Positions 47,073-57,201 of a DNA stretch of 64,000 nucleotides are shown here, piece by piece. The notes under the pieces were generated by a model, which saw nothing but the letters and a program-made list of their open reading frames with translations, was not told the origin of the DNA and searched no databases. Positions within the stretch are counted from its first letter, which is position 1; each line of letters starts with the position of its first letter. Origin of the DNA: Acidobacteriota bacterium (GTDB lineage: Bacteria > Acidobacteriota > Thermoanaerobaculia > UBA5066 > Gp7-AA6); NCBI GenBank assembly GCA_046728075.1, contig JBKPDV010000032.1, positions 3,790 through 67,789 on the forward strand. The letters are read 5' to 3'. The translations under genes and the position numbers were made by a program.

Positions 47073-47172
47073 GAGGCGCGAGAACGGAAGGAGAACGGGT
47101 CGGCGCAGCCTGTCCGGGTCCGCAGAGGCGACGGAATCTCGTACGGACCGAGGCGGCCGGCGGCAGAGAGGC

Positions 47173-49716
47173 TCAGCGCAGGCCTTCTACCAGTTCCAGG
47201 CTCGTGAGGATTCGCTGATAGGCGTAGGCGTAGCTGCGGGTGTCGGGCGTCATCACGATGTTGTCGATCGAAACCAGTCCGGAGCGATCCGCGGGCGCGA
47301 TCGTCTTCCAGAGTTCCCGCCGGCCCGTCGCGATATCGATCTTGAAGACCCGGGCGGGCGTCTCGCGACTCGTATACGCATAGAGCGACTCGCCGTCGGC
47401 GCTCCAGAGGATGGGGTTTTCGCGAGCCTCGGCACCGGCAAGCAGGCGCGGCGCACCGCCATCGATCGGGTAGAGCGTGATCTTCCAGTCAGGCGCGCGC
47501 GCGGCGACGAAGTGCCCGTCGGGAGAGATCGCCAGAAATCCGGGCGCCATCCCCTCGGGAGAAATGGGCCGCGCTTGCCCCCCGTCGAGATTCTGCACGT
47601 AAAGACGCAGCGAACCCGTTCCCGCGAATCCCAGAAACACGACACGTTTCCCATCCGGAAGAAGCCGGGCCGAGCCAATCGATGTGATCCCTTTGTGCTC
47701 GAGCGACCTCGGCTGGCCTGAGCCTGTCGGGAGCAACACGAAAGTCTCGGCCAACGTCGAGGTCTGCGAGAGAACCCAGCGTCCGTCGGCGGAAAGGCCG
47801 AGTCCGCCGCCGTCGCCGAGGCGCACCGCGGCGGAACCGTCGGTCGCCCTCAGGTAGATCGAGCCGTTGTTTCCTCCCCCCTCTCCCCACTCGTCGAACA
47901 CGACGGTGCGCCCGTCCTTCGAGATCGCATCGACGTTGGGCCGATCCATCCAGGAAACCTCACGTTCCGCGCTCTCGCCGGCCGGCAGGGCAATCAGGCT
48001 CGAATTCCAGAAGTACTCGTTCATCAAAACCCGGCCGTCTTTCGCGATGTCGTGGAGGTAGAGACCGCCCGCCTCCCGCCGCACGGTCCGCAGGCGACCC
48101 GAAGCCGTGACGGCGTAGACAGCGAACTTCTCGGTACCCTTCTGACCTCCGAACCAGATCTCACTGCCGTCGGGCCGCCAGGCCACGTTCCCGATAGAGC
48201 TCCACCCTTTCGAAACGGTCGTCGCTTTCCCCGACAGATCGACGGTCATGATGGTCCAGTCGTCCAGGCTGAAGGCCAGCCGGTCGCCGCGGGGGGAGAA
48301 GCGCACCGATTCGATCTCTGACGGAGACTCATAGAGGACCTTTCCGATGGGAAATTCGAGGCGGTTGTTTCCGCCGACCTTGTGCACGACGGCGAGCTCG
48401 CGGCCGTCGGGTGACCAGTCCGCCACCGAGACGTTTTCGAGAACTTCGCGCGGCGCTCCTCCCTCGAGCGGCACGCGAGCGAGTGTGCCCGTCGGCGTCC
48501 AGACCGTCTCGCGGCCAATACAGACGGCGAGCTCCCCGGTCGGGGATACGGCCAGAACGCGGGCTTCCGGAAGTTGGAGGCCGCGTGACTCGACGCTGCC
48601 TGCGCGCGTCGCAAAGATCCTTGCCGGCTCTCCTTCCCAGGCGGCCGAATAGACGATCGTCTGCCCGTCGGGAGCGAACCGCGCCGTATAAACCGTACCG
48701 CGCCGGAAGGTCAGGCGCGTGTAGGAGGGCGCCGAGGGCTTCCGTCGCACGATCGCGGTCGTGCTCCATCCGGCGAGGAGACCGAGCCCGAGCAAGGCCG
48801 CTGCCAGCAGCGGCTTGCGCCAGATCTGCCAGGGTGCCGAAGTGGCCTTGATCGCCGTGGCAGCCCCTGAGAAACCGGTCAGCGTCTCCAGGTCGAACGC
48901 GAGGTCGCGGGCGGACTGAAACCGCCGCTCGGGATTCTTCTCGAGGCAGTGACGGACAAGCCGCTCGAGCCCCGGGCTGATGTTCCGGTTGGTGACGGAG
49001 AGTTCGGGCGGATCTTCTTTCAGGATCGCGGCCATGGTCTCACCGGCCGAGTCGCCTTTGAACGGGCGCTGGCCCGAGAGCATCTCGTAGAGGATCACGC
49101 CGAGAGCGAAGATGTCGCTTCGGGCATCGGCTGGCTCGGTCTTGATCTGTTCGGGCGACATGTAGCCGAGCGTTCCCATGACCACGCCCGGCTCGGTAGC
49201 CGTCGGGAGACTGGACGCTCTCCCGGAGCCCTCGGCCTGGGTGAGCTTGGCCAGGCCGAAGTCCAGGATCTTGACGCGTCCCTCTTTCGTCACAAAGACG
49301 TTCTCGGGCTTCAAGTCCCGGTGGACGATTCCTTTCTCGTGAGCGGCGGCCAAGCCATGGGCGATCTGGATCGCATAGTCGACCGCCTTTCGCGGAGAGA
49401 AGCGCCCCCCGGCGAGCTCCTCCCGCAGCGTCTCGCCTTCCAGCAACTCCTGGACGACGTAGGGCGCGCCCTCATGTTGGCCGATGTCGTAAACGATGGT
49501 GACGTTGGGGTGGTTGAGAACCCCGGCCGCGCGGGCTTCCTGCTCGAAGCGCTTCAGCCGGTCCGGGTTCTTCGAGAAGGAGGCGGGCAGGACTTTGATC
49601 GCGACATCGCGGCCGAGCCGGGGATCCCTTGCCCGATACACCTCGCCCATCCCGCCCGCGCCGAGCGGCGCGAGGATTTCGTAGGGACCGAGGCGACTGC
49701 CGCTCGAAAGAGTCAT
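47173..49716 (-). CDS. Ser/Thr protein kinase with TolB/PD40-like beta-propeller (subfamily B)
   Basis: It has MTLSSGSRLGPYEILAPLGAGGMGEVYRARDPRLGRDVAIKVLP, HRDLKPENVFV and DFGLAKLTQ, plus a TM helix and a propeller. Confidence 0.9.
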   Translation of the reverse strand: MTLSSGSRLGPYEILAPLGAGGMGEVYRARDPRLGRDVAIKVLPASFSKNPDRLKRFEQEARAAGVLNHPNVTIVYDIGQHEGAPYVVQELLEGETLREELAGGRFSPRKAVDYAIQIAHGLAAAHEKGIVHRDLKPENVFVTKEGRVKILDFGLAKLTQAEGSGRASSLPTATEPGVVMGTLGYMSPEQIKTEPADARSDIFALGVILYEMLSGQRPFKGDSAGETMAAILKEDPPELSVTNRNISPGLERLVRHCLEKNPERRFQSARDLAFDLETLTGFSGAATAIKATSAPWQIWRKPLLAAALLGLGLLAGWSTTAIVRRKPSAPSYTRLTFRRGTVYTARFAPDGQTIVYSAAWEGEPARIFATRAGSVESRGLQLPEARVLAVSPTGELAVCIGRETVWTPTGTLARVPLEGGAPREVLENVSVADWSPDGRELAVVHKVGGNNRLEFPIGKVLYESPSEIESVRFSPRGDRLAFSLDDWTIMTVDLSGKATTVSKGWSSIGNVAWRPDGSEIWFGGQKGTEKFAVYAVTASGRLRTVRREAGGLYLHDIAKDGRVLMNEYFWNSSLIALPAGESAEREVSWMDRPNVDAISKDGRTVVFDEWGEGGGNNGSIYLRATDGSAAVRLGDGGGLGLSADGRWVLSQTSTLAETFVLLPTGSGQPRSLEHKGITSIGSARLLPDGKRVVFLGFAGTGSLRLYVQNLDGGQARPISPEGMAPGFLAISPDGHFVAARAPDWKITLYPIDGGAPRLLAGAEARENPILWSADGESLYAYTSRETPARVFKIDIATGRRELWKTIAPADRSGLVSIDNIVMTPDTRSYAYAYQRILTSLELVEGLR

Positions 49717-49771
49717 CCTGATTTCAGGAACACGCTTCGGCCAATTCTAGTCGAGCGATTGCGGACGCCAG

Positions 49772-52072
49772 CTACGCCGGAACGATCTTCTCGAGCAGCT
49801 TCGGAAAACGGGGATGCGCTCGCAGCGGATCGAAGGCGGCGCAGGTTCGGAACCACCAGGCGAGCGCGTTTCGCTCGTCGCAGCCGCGCTCCAGGCAGTC
49901 CAACGCCTCGGCCACGTTGCCCAGCGGAATATGGATGAACGCGAGGTGGAAAGGCGCGATGTACGAATCCACCGATCGCCGTTCGAGCTCTCGCAAGAGA
50001 TCGAGCGCTTCCGCCCGGCGTCCCGCCGCGGCGTACACTCCGGCGAGCTGCGCGAGGTAGAACGCCTGCCGCCTCCCGGTCCCTTCGGCCGCCTTTTCCA
50101 TCGAGGCGACCGCCTCCGCGTGTCGGCCGAGAAGCCGGCACGTTAGGCCCAGCCCCCAGGTCGGATAGAAAGCGTTGGGGTCGATGTGGAGCGCGCGGCG
50201 AAACTCCGCGGCGGCTTCCTCCATCCGGCGGGCGCCGAAGAACGCCCAGGCGACGTTGGCCTGCGCGTTGGCCGAGTGCGGCTCGAGATCCGCCGCACGT
50301 CGGGTGAGCTCGAGCGCCTCGTCGAAACGGTCGTTGAACGCGAGATTGAGCCCAAGCCACGAGTATCCGGCGGCGGCCCGGGGCGCCAACTCGATCGCGC
50401 GCCGGAGCTCTCGCTCCAGGCGGCCGAAATCCCAGCCGAAGTAGTGCTCGACCAAACCGAGCGAGACGTGGGCGTCGGCCGATTCGGGGTCGAGCTTGAG
50501 CGCCTTCTCGGCCGCGACGCGCGCCCGCTCGAACGCTTCCCGAGTGGAGATCCCGCCGTAGAAGCCGTAGATGCAGTAGGCGTCGGCCAGCCCCGTGTGC
50601 GCCTCGGCATAGGTCGGATCGATCGCGAGCGCCCGCTCGAATTCTTCGACGGCTTCGGGCGGCTCACGTCGGTTGAAGTGGTAGCGCCCCTTCAAATAGT
50701 GGTTGTACGCCTCGACGTCCGCGGTCCCCCGCGCCGACAGCCGCGCCTCTTCCGCGGGAAGCAACCGGACCTTGAGCGTCTCCGCGATCGCGCGTGCGAT
50801 CTCGTCCTGGACGGCGAAAACGTCTTCCATCTCGCGGTCGAATTTCTCGGACCAGAGGTGATAGCCGTCCGAGACGTCGATCAACTGAGCCGTGACCCGG
50901 AGCTTTCGCCCGGCCTGCCGGACGCTCCCTTCGAGCACGTTGCGGACCCCGAGCGCCGCGCCGATCTGGCGCACGTCTTCGTCGCGCCCCTTGAACGCGA
51001 ACGAAGAGGTGCGGGAAGTGACGCGAAGCGCGCGGATCGCCGAGAGCGCGTTGATGATCTCCTCCGTCATTCCGTCGCTGAAGTACTCGTTCTGCTGGTC
51101 CGGGCTCAAGTTGCGAAAAGGGAGGACCGCGACGGTGGCGGCAGAAGCGGCGGCACCGGAGCCCGGGCTTCCCGCCGGGCGCCCGGTTCCGTCGGAACGC
51201 GCGTGCGAACCCGCGCCGGCCTCGCGTTCCAGGACGCGCAGCGCGAAAGCGAGGTCCCTGGCCGACTGAAACCGCTCCTCGGGTCTCTTCTCGAGACAAT
51301 GGAGCACGAAATCTTCCAGCTCGGGCGCCACGGGTCGGTCCGGCCGAGAAAGGGAGGGAGGAGCATCCCGTATGACGGCGACGAGAGACTCGACGTCGCT
51401 GTCGCGCCGGAACGCGCGTTCGCCGGCCAGCATCTCGTAGAGAATCGCTCCGAAGGAGAAGAGATCGGCCCGGTGATCGGCGGGAGCGCCTCGAGCCTGT
51501 TCGGGAGACATGTAGCCCGCGGTGCCGACGATCCATCCGGGTTGGGTTCCTCCCGCAGTCGGCGCGTTCGCTTCCGTCGGCCCCGAGCCCGCCGGCCCGG
51601 ATGCCTTGGCCAGGCCGAAGTCGAGGATCTTCACCAGACCCTCGCGCGTCACGAAGACGTTCTCGGGCTTCAAGTCGCGGTGGACGATCCCTCTTTCGTG
51701 CGCGGCCACGAGCCCCTGCGCGATCTGCAAGGCGTAGTCGAGCGCCTTTCGCTGAGGGAGGGCAGTCGCGAGCTTCTCGAGCAGCGTCTCCCCCTCGAGA
51801 AGCTCCATGACTGCGTAGACGACGCCGCCGTCCCGGCCGAAATCATGGATCGCCAGGATGTTCGGATGCGAGAGCGCGGCGACCGACTTTGCCTCGCGCT
51901 CGAAACGCAAGAGCGCCTCGGCGTCGCCGGCCAGGTTCTGCGGCAACACCTTGACGGCGACGTATCGATTCAACCTCGTGTCCCGCGCCTTGTACACCTC
52001 TCCCATCCCGCCCGCGCCGAGCGGCGACAGGATTTCGTAGGGACCCAGACGCGAGCCGGCGGAGAGAGCCAT
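49772..52072 (-). CDS. Ser/Thr protein kinase with TolB_N-like domain and C-terminal TPR repeats (subfamily C)
   Basis: It has MALSAGSRLGPYEILSPLGAGGMGEVYKARDTRL, HRDLKPENVFV, 'VAVLPFRNLSPDQQNEYFSDGMTEEIINALSAIRALRVTSR', and then TPR repeats. Confidence 0.9.
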   Translation of the reverse strand: MALSAGSRLGPYEILSPLGAGGMGEVYKARDTRLNRYVAVKVLPQNLAGDAEALLRFEREAKSVAALSHPNILAIHDFGRDGGVVYAVMELLEGETLLEKLATALPQRKALDYALQIAQGLVAAHERGIVHRDLKPENVFVTREGLVKILDFGLAKASGPAGSGPTEANAPTAGGTQPGWIVGTAGYMSPEQARGAPADHRADLFSFGAILYEMLAGERAFRRDSDVESLVAVIRDAPPSLSRPDRPVAPELEDFVLHCLEKRPEERFQSARDLAFALRVLEREAGAGSHARSDGTGRPAGSPGSGAAASAATVAVLPFRNLSPDQQNEYFSDGMTEEIINALSAIRALRVTSRTSSFAFKGRDEDVRQIGAALGVRNVLEGSVRQAGRKLRVTAQLIDVSDGYHLWSEKFDREMEDVFAVQDEIARAIAETLKVRLLPAEEARLSARGTADVEAYNHYLKGRYHFNRREPPEAVEEFERALAIDPTYAEAHTGLADAYCIYGFYGGISTREAFERARVAAEKALKLDPESADAHVSLGLVEHYFGWDFGRLERELRRAIELAPRAAAGYSWLGLNLAFNDRFDEALELTRRAADLEPHSANAQANVAWAFFGARRMEEAAAEFRRALHIDPNAFYPTWGLGLTCRLLGRHAEAVASMEKAAEGTGRRQAFYLAQLAGVYAAAGRRAEALDLLRELERRSVDSYIAPFHLAFIHIPLGNVAEALDCLERGCDERNALAWWFRTCAAFDPLRAHPRFPKLLEKIVPA

Positions 52073-52123
52073 CGGAACTCAGGGATTGTACTGATGGAGC
52101 GGTAAGCGGAGAGTCCCTTCGAA

Positions 52124-53875
52124 CTAGCGGTCTGACGTAAACCCCGGCCCCCGCAAAACGCGGCCCGGGCGGGCGGCGGTGATGCGTCCTTGGTCCACGA
52201 CGAGCTGACCATTGATGGCGACGAAGGGAATGCCTTCGCAGTAATGAGCGGGGTCCGCGTAGGTCGAGCGTTCTCGGACGGTCTCGGGATTGAAAGCGAC
52301 GAGGTCAGCCATCATGCCCGCCTTCAAAATTCCGCGGTCTCGGAGCTTCATACGCGAGGCCGGCAGAGAGGTCATTTTCCGAATAGCCTCCTCGAGCGGC
52401 AGGAGTTTTTCCTCGCGGACGTACTTGCCCAGGATCCGCGCCGTTGTCCCCCACGCGCGGGGGTGAGACTTCTCCTGTGACAGCGGACCGTCGATCGCTC
52501 GCGCGCCCGCGTCGGTGCAGAAGGAGACGTGCGGATGCGCGAGGGCGGCGCGGACGTCCGACTCGCTCGTGATGAACTCGATCTTGCCGGCGTTGGCGTG
52601 ATCGGCGATCACCAAGTCGATCAAGGCGTCGATCGGATGTTTTCGCTCTTCGAGCGCAATCGCGGCCAGCGTCTTGCCCTCGTATTTCTTCCAGCTCGGA
52701 TTGAGAATTTGCACGATCAGGATTCGGGTGGCACGGCCGGCGTTCCAACCCGGATCGCGCCGGAGGAGATCCGACTTTACCCGCGCCCGCGCGGCGGGTT
52801 CCTTGAGCCGCGCGAGAAGCTTTTCGGTGCCTCCTTCCCGAGCCCAGATCGGCAGGCTCGCGTCGAGGCCGTTGGCGCTTGCCGTGTAGGGGTACTGGTC
52901 TGCCCAGATTTCGAGCCCGTCCGCTCGAGCTCTCTCCAGGCGCTTCAAGATGGCGGGCATGTGAACCTTTCGCCCCGCTGTTTTCAGGTGGTAGATCTCC
53001 GCCGGGATCCGAACCTCCCGCGCGATTCGAAAGACCTCGTCGAGGCTCCGGTCGATCCCGTTGCCTTCCGAGCGCTGGTGCGTGATGTAGATGCCACCAT
53101 AGCGGGCAGCCACCCGGGCGAGCGCGAGGATCTCCTCCGTCGACGCGAACCGGTCCGGCACGTACGCGAGCGAGGTCGAGAGACCGAACGCGCCCTCCTC
53201 CATGGCCTGAGCGACCGCGGCCTCCATGGCTTTCAACTCCTCGGATGTTGCGGGCCGGTTGTCTTTCCCGATCACGAGATCCCGCACGCTGCCCGCCCCG
53301 ACGAACGTCCCGAGATTGATGGCAGGATGCGCGCGCTCGAGAGCCTGGAAGTAGCCGGCGAGTGTCGTCCAGTCCGGTGTGACGCCGTAGTGCTCCCAGA
53401 AGTCGCGCCGCTCCGCGATCATCCGCGCATTGACAGGCGCGATGGATGTTCCCTCGCCGGTCAGATCGGTCGTGATGCCCTGAGTGATCTTGCTCGCCGC
53501 CCGGTTGTCGACGAGCAGGAAGTACTCCGACTGCCCGAGCATGTCGATGAACCCCGGACAGACGATGAGCTTGTTCGCGTCGATCCGCCGCTTCGTTTCC
53601 GCATTCGCGAGTTCTCCGACGGCGTCAATTCGGTCTCCGGCGACGCAGACATCGGCGCGAAACGCCGGCGAGCCGGTGCCGTCCACGACGCGGCCTCCGG
53701 CAAAGAGAATGTCGCACCGCGTCGGTTGGGCCTGCGCCGCGAGCCCAGGGATCGAAAGGCAAACAATGGCTATCAGCGCGAGAGACGCTCGCCTCACCGC
53801 GCCCCTTCGACGAGGAAGAGGCACGAAATCATCGCGCTTCAGGAATTCGAGACCTCGGGGCGAGAACCGTAACAA
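52124..53875 (-). CDS. D-aminoacylase / N-acyl-D-amino-acid deacylase family amidohydrolase
   Basis: It has PGFIDMLGQSE, a metal-binding HxH context and an LAYVPDRF...THQRSEG amidohydrolase core. It has a signal-like N-terminus. The true start may be the internal GTG near 53797 (VRRASLALIAIV). Confidence 0.7.
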   Translation of the reverse strand: MLRFSPRGLEFLKRDDFVPLPRRRGAVRRASLALIAIVCLSIPGLAAQAQPTRCDILFAGGRVVDGTGSPAFRADVCVAGDRIDAVGELANAETKRRIDANKLIVCPGFIDMLGQSEYFLLVDNRAASKITQGITTDLTGEGTSIAPVNARMIAERRDFWEHYGVTPDWTTLAGYFQALERAHPAINLGTFVGAGSVRDLVIGKDNRPATSEELKAMEAAVAQAMEEGAFGLSTSLAYVPDRFASTEEILALARVAARYGGIYITHQRSEGNGIDRSLDEVFRIAREVRIPAEIYHLKTAGRKVHMPAILKRLERARADGLEIWADQYPYTASANGLDASLPIWAREGGTEKLLARLKEPAARARVKSDLLRRDPGWNAGRATRILIVQILNPSWKKYEGKTLAAIALEERKHPIDALIDLVIADHANAGKIEFITSESDVRAALAHPHVSFCTDAGARAIDGPLSQEKSHPRAWGTTARILGKYVREEKLLPLEEAIRKMTSLPASRMKLRDRGILKAGMMADLVAFNPETVRERSTYADPAHYCEGIPFVAINGQLVVDQGRITAARPGRVLRGPGFTSDR

Positions 53876-54264
53876 GCGCGGAGAAGCTCACGGCTCTCGA
53901 CATGACGGAGCCGGCGCCGGCCGCCGGTCTCTTCACGGATCACGCGGACCTCCCGGATGCGGGTGGTGAGGACACGATTCCCGAACTCCAGGTGCAGGCC
54001 GCAGGCGGCGACGACGTTGGTGCGGATCACGCTGCCGCCCCAGGTGCATCCCGAGATCGAGATCCGAACCGGCGACAGACCTTGCCGGTCGAACCAACCG
54101 CCGCGGACACTGTAGGTGGCGTCTCCGTGAACGCGGATCGAATAGACGGAGTTCTCCGTGGTCACGAGGACTTCGTCTCCGCTCTTCAAATCCGATTTGC
54201 CGACAGACGAAGCGCGGCGGACCTGCCCGAGGATGGCGTTGACCGTCCGAAAGAACGCGATCAT
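53839..54264 (-). CDS. Hypothetical small protein (141 aa)
   Basis: The frame is open between kinase 54392 and the aminoacylase, starting at MIAFFRTVNAILG. No domain is recognised. It overlaps the annotated aminoacylase start by 37 nt, so it may be spurious. Confidence 0.3.
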   Translation of the reverse strand: MIAFFRTVNAILGQVRRASSVGKSDLKSGDEVLVTTENSVYSIRVHGDATYSVRGGWFDRQGLSPVRISISGCTWGGSVIRTNVVAACGLHLEFGNRVLTTRIREVRVIREETGGRRRLRHVESRELLRACYGSRPEVSNS

Positions 54265-54391
54265 CGGGACCAATTCTCGCTCATTATCCGTTGTCTTTCG
54301 AACTGCGGCGGTGCTCCCGCCCGCCGCTTTCCCGGTTGCCCGACGGGCTGAGGCTGCGAAATGGCTGCCAGGTTCTTTTCGCCATTTGCGT

Positions 54392-57070
54392 TCACTTGAG
54401 GTCTGCCACCCAGATGTCCCCTTCGGTCGCCGTTTCCGTATAGGTGATCCAACGATTGTCCTGGGTGATTCCCAGACTGAGACCGATTCCATAACCCCCG
54501 ATGGAAAAGAGCAGTTGCGACCGCTTCGTCGAAAGATCCACGAGCGAAACCCCACGGGCGTCGCGCACGAGGAGCCGCCGGCTGTCGGCGAGCCAAATAG
54601 GGATTTTCCACAGTCGGCTTGGTCCCGCATCGAGACGCTCGAATCGGTTCTCGGGAATCGAATAGACGACGACGGAATCGACTGAGCCATCCGGGTTCGC
54701 GGCGATGCCCGCGAGCGAGCGGCCGTCGCGGGACCAGGAGAGGGGCCAGAACTGTTGGGGCCCGCCGATCGGCGGCATCGAATGTGCGGGATGCGGGAAA
54801 CCGCCCGATCCTACGTCGATCGAGTACCAGCCGCCGTCTCCGCCGACTGCCTTGGTGACGATCTGCTTTCCGTCGGGCGACCAGACGGGAAAGTTTGCGG
54901 ATCCGGTCACGGCCGCTAGCCGCTCGAGTCCGCTTCCGTCGGGCCGGATCGTCCAGAGCCCATAGGCGCCGCTACGATCCGAGTAGAACGCGATCGTCTT
55001 TCCGTCGGGCGACCAGCTCGGCCCCCGATCCCGAAAGGCATCGTCGGTCAACCGGCGAAACTCCTTTCCATCCATCCGCGATACGAAGAGATCTTCCTGG
55101 CCTCCCGTCTCAATGAAGGCGACCCACTGGCCATCGGGCGAAACCTGATGGTCGCGAATTGGCTGGTTCGTCTTCAAAACGGGAAGAGGAGCTCCGACGA
55201 TCGTGCCTAAAGCGGCATCGAATCCAATCTTCAGGAGCGTCGAGCGCCAGTCGAGGCTGGCAAAGGCGAGCCGTCGCCCGTCGCGCGAGAAGCTCAACTG
55301 TCCGCTCCAGAGCGATGGCGTCGTCATCGGTTCAGGCTCCCCGAGCACGCGTCCGGATCTTTCGTCGATCCGCACGCGCCAGAGGTTCATCGTGCCTCCT
55401 CGATTGCTCGAGAAGTAGAGAAACCTGCCGTCCGGTGACCAGGTCGGGCTCCAGTCGAGGGGCGCATCGTTGGTGATGTCGATGCCCGGGCCGGTCAGCT
55501 CCGAACCGTCGGCGGCAACGGTCCAGAGGTCTCGCTGTCCGGTCGAGCCTCGCAATCCCCAGTAGGCGATCCGGTGGCCGTGCGGAGACCAGCTCGGCTG
55601 CATGCAGTCGCCCGCCCGGGAGACTTCCCGTCGGCGGCCCGTCTCGAGATCGACGGCCCAGAGCCCGCCAACCCGGCTCGCTCGGTCGGTCGGAAAGAAG
55701 AAGGAGCCGCTGGCGACGGCGATCTCGCGTCCGTCGGGCGACCAGGTGGGGTTGTAGCCGAAGTCGGTGACGCGCTTGACGGACTCTCCCGTGGAGCCCA
55801 TGACGAAGATTCCACCGCCGGCTCGCTCCGAGCGAAACGCGATGCGCTCGCCATCCGGAGAAAACACCGGCTGCCAATCGTCAACCGTCGAGTCCGGCGT
55901 GAGCGCAACCGGATTTCGCCCTCCGACTCGAAGCATGTAGAGGCTTTTGCGCCCCGCCTCGTCACGGACATAGACGACGTTCTTTCCATCCGGAGAGAGC
56001 GTCGGCGAGGACTCGACGCCGGGAGCGTCCGTGAGTTGGAGGAACGAGACCGGCCGGGATGCACGCTCGACGGAAGGGTCGCCGATGCGAGTGCGCCGAC
56101 CCGCGACGAATGCGGCCGCTGCTACAGCGGCGATCGCCAGAATCGTCAACGGAACGAGGATGCCGGTTCGGCGCCGCTTCCGCAAAGGCTCGACGGCCGC
56201 GGCCGGGCCGCTCGGCACCGCGCCTCCGATGACTGTTTCGAGGGCGAACGCGAGATCGTGAGCCGTGTCGAACCGCTCCTCCGGCCGTTTCTCGAGACAA
56301 TGGCGGAGAATTCTCTCGATCGGCGCGGCGAATCGGCCCGAAGGCTCCGCCAGCTCCGGCGGATCTTTCTGCGCGATCGCCGCCATCGTCTCGGCCGCCG
56401 ACTCGCCGCGAAAGGCGCGCTCGCCCGTGAGCATCTCGTAGAGAACGCATCCGAGTGAGAAGATGTCCGAGCGCGCGTCGGCGGGCTTGCCTCGAACTTG
56501 TTCAGGCGACATGTAGCCCACAGTCCCCATGACAGTGCCCGGCTCGGTCGAAGCGGCGACGGTCGGTGACTGCGTGTTCTCGAGGTCGCGCGCGACGACC
56601 TTGGCGAGCCCGAAGTCCAGGATCTTCACGCGCCCTTGGAAGGTCACGAAAAGGTTCTCCGGCTTCAGATCGCGATGGACGATTCCCTTCTCGTGCGCCG
56701 CCCCGAGCCCCTGCGCAATCTGCAGCGCGTATTCGAGCGCACGGCGTTGAGGAATCGGCCCCTCGGCCAACCGCTGGCGCAGCGTCTCGCCCGTCAACAG
56801 CTCCGTCGCCGCGTAGGTGATGCCGCCGTCGCTGCCGAGATCGTAGATGCCGAGGATGTTCGGATGCGAGAGCGCGGCGACCGCTTTCGCCTCCCGCTCG
56901 AAGCGCTCGAGGGCCTCGGGATCCGAGGCGAGTTTTTGCGGCAGAACCTTGATCGCAACATCCCGGTCCAGCCGCGTATCGCGGGCTTTGTAGACCTCGC
57001 CCATTCCACCCGCCCCCAGGGACGACAAGATTTCGTAGGGTCCTAAGCGAGTTCCTAGCAAGGCCGCCAT
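54392..57070 (-). CDS. Ser/Thr protein kinase with TolB/PD40-like beta-propeller (subfamily C)
   Basis: It has the ATG at 57070 (MAALLGTRLGPYEILSSLGAGGMGEVYKARDTRLDRDVAIKVLP), HRDLKPENLFV, DFGLAKV and PD40 blades (SPDGK/SPDGR xN). Confidence 0.9.
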   Translation of the reverse strand: MAALLGTRLGPYEILSSLGAGGMGEVYKARDTRLDRDVAIKVLPQKLASDPEALERFEREAKAVAALSHPNILGIYDLGSDGGITYAATELLTGETLRQRLAEGPIPQRRALEYALQIAQGLGAAHEKGIVHRDLKPENLFVTFQGRVKILDFGLAKVVARDLENTQSPTVAASTEPGTVMGTVGYMSPEQVRGKPADARSDIFSLGCVLYEMLTGERAFRGESAAETMAAIAQKDPPELAEPSGRFAAPIERILRHCLEKRPEERFDTAHDLAFALETVIGGAVPSGPAAAVEPLRKRRRTGILVPLTILAIAAVAAAAFVAGRRTRIGDPSVERASRPVSFLQLTDAPGVESSPTLSPDGKNVVYVRDEAGRKSLYMLRVGGRNPVALTPDSTVDDWQPVFSPDGERIAFRSERAGGGIFVMGSTGESVKRVTDFGYNPTWSPDGREIAVASGSFFFPTDRASRVGGLWAVDLETGRRREVSRAGDCMQPSWSPHGHRIAYWGLRGSTGQRDLWTVAADGSELTGPGIDITNDAPLDWSPTWSPDGRFLYFSSNRGGTMNLWRVRIDERSGRVLGEPEPMTTPSLWSGQLSFSRDGRRLAFASLDWRSTLLKIGFDAALGTIVGAPLPVLKTNQPIRDHQVSPDGQWVAFIETGGQEDLFVSRMDGKEFRRLTDDAFRDRGPSWSPDGKTIAFYSDRSGAYGLWTIRPDGSGLERLAAVTGSANFPVWSPDGKQIVTKAVGGDGGWYSIDVGSGGFPHPAHSMPPIGGPQQFWPLSWSRDGRSLAGIAANPDGSVDSVVVYSIPENRFERLDAGPSRLWKIPIWLADSRRLLVRDARGVSLVDLSTKRSQLLFSIGGYGIGLSLGITQDNRWITYTETATEGDIWVADLK

Positions 57071-57072
57071 CT

Positions 57073-57201
57073 TCACTTCACCCGATGAACCGATGATCCA
57101 ATGACCCGATGCGCGAAGCGCCAGACCTCCCCCATTCCTCCGGCGCCGAGCGGCGAGAGGACCTCGTCGGGTCCCAGGCGGGTCCCCGCCGAAAGATTCA
57201 C
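57073..57201 (-). pseudogene. 42-codon kinase N-terminus remnant / uORF linking two kinase genes (GTG overlaps upstream stop as GTGA; its TGA lies 2 nt before the next ATG)
   Basis: It translates to V N L S A G T R L G P D E V L S P L G A G G M G E V W R F A H R V I G S S V H R V K *. It shares the 'FAHRVI' leader-encoded tail with the 43199 fragment. Confidence 0.5.
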
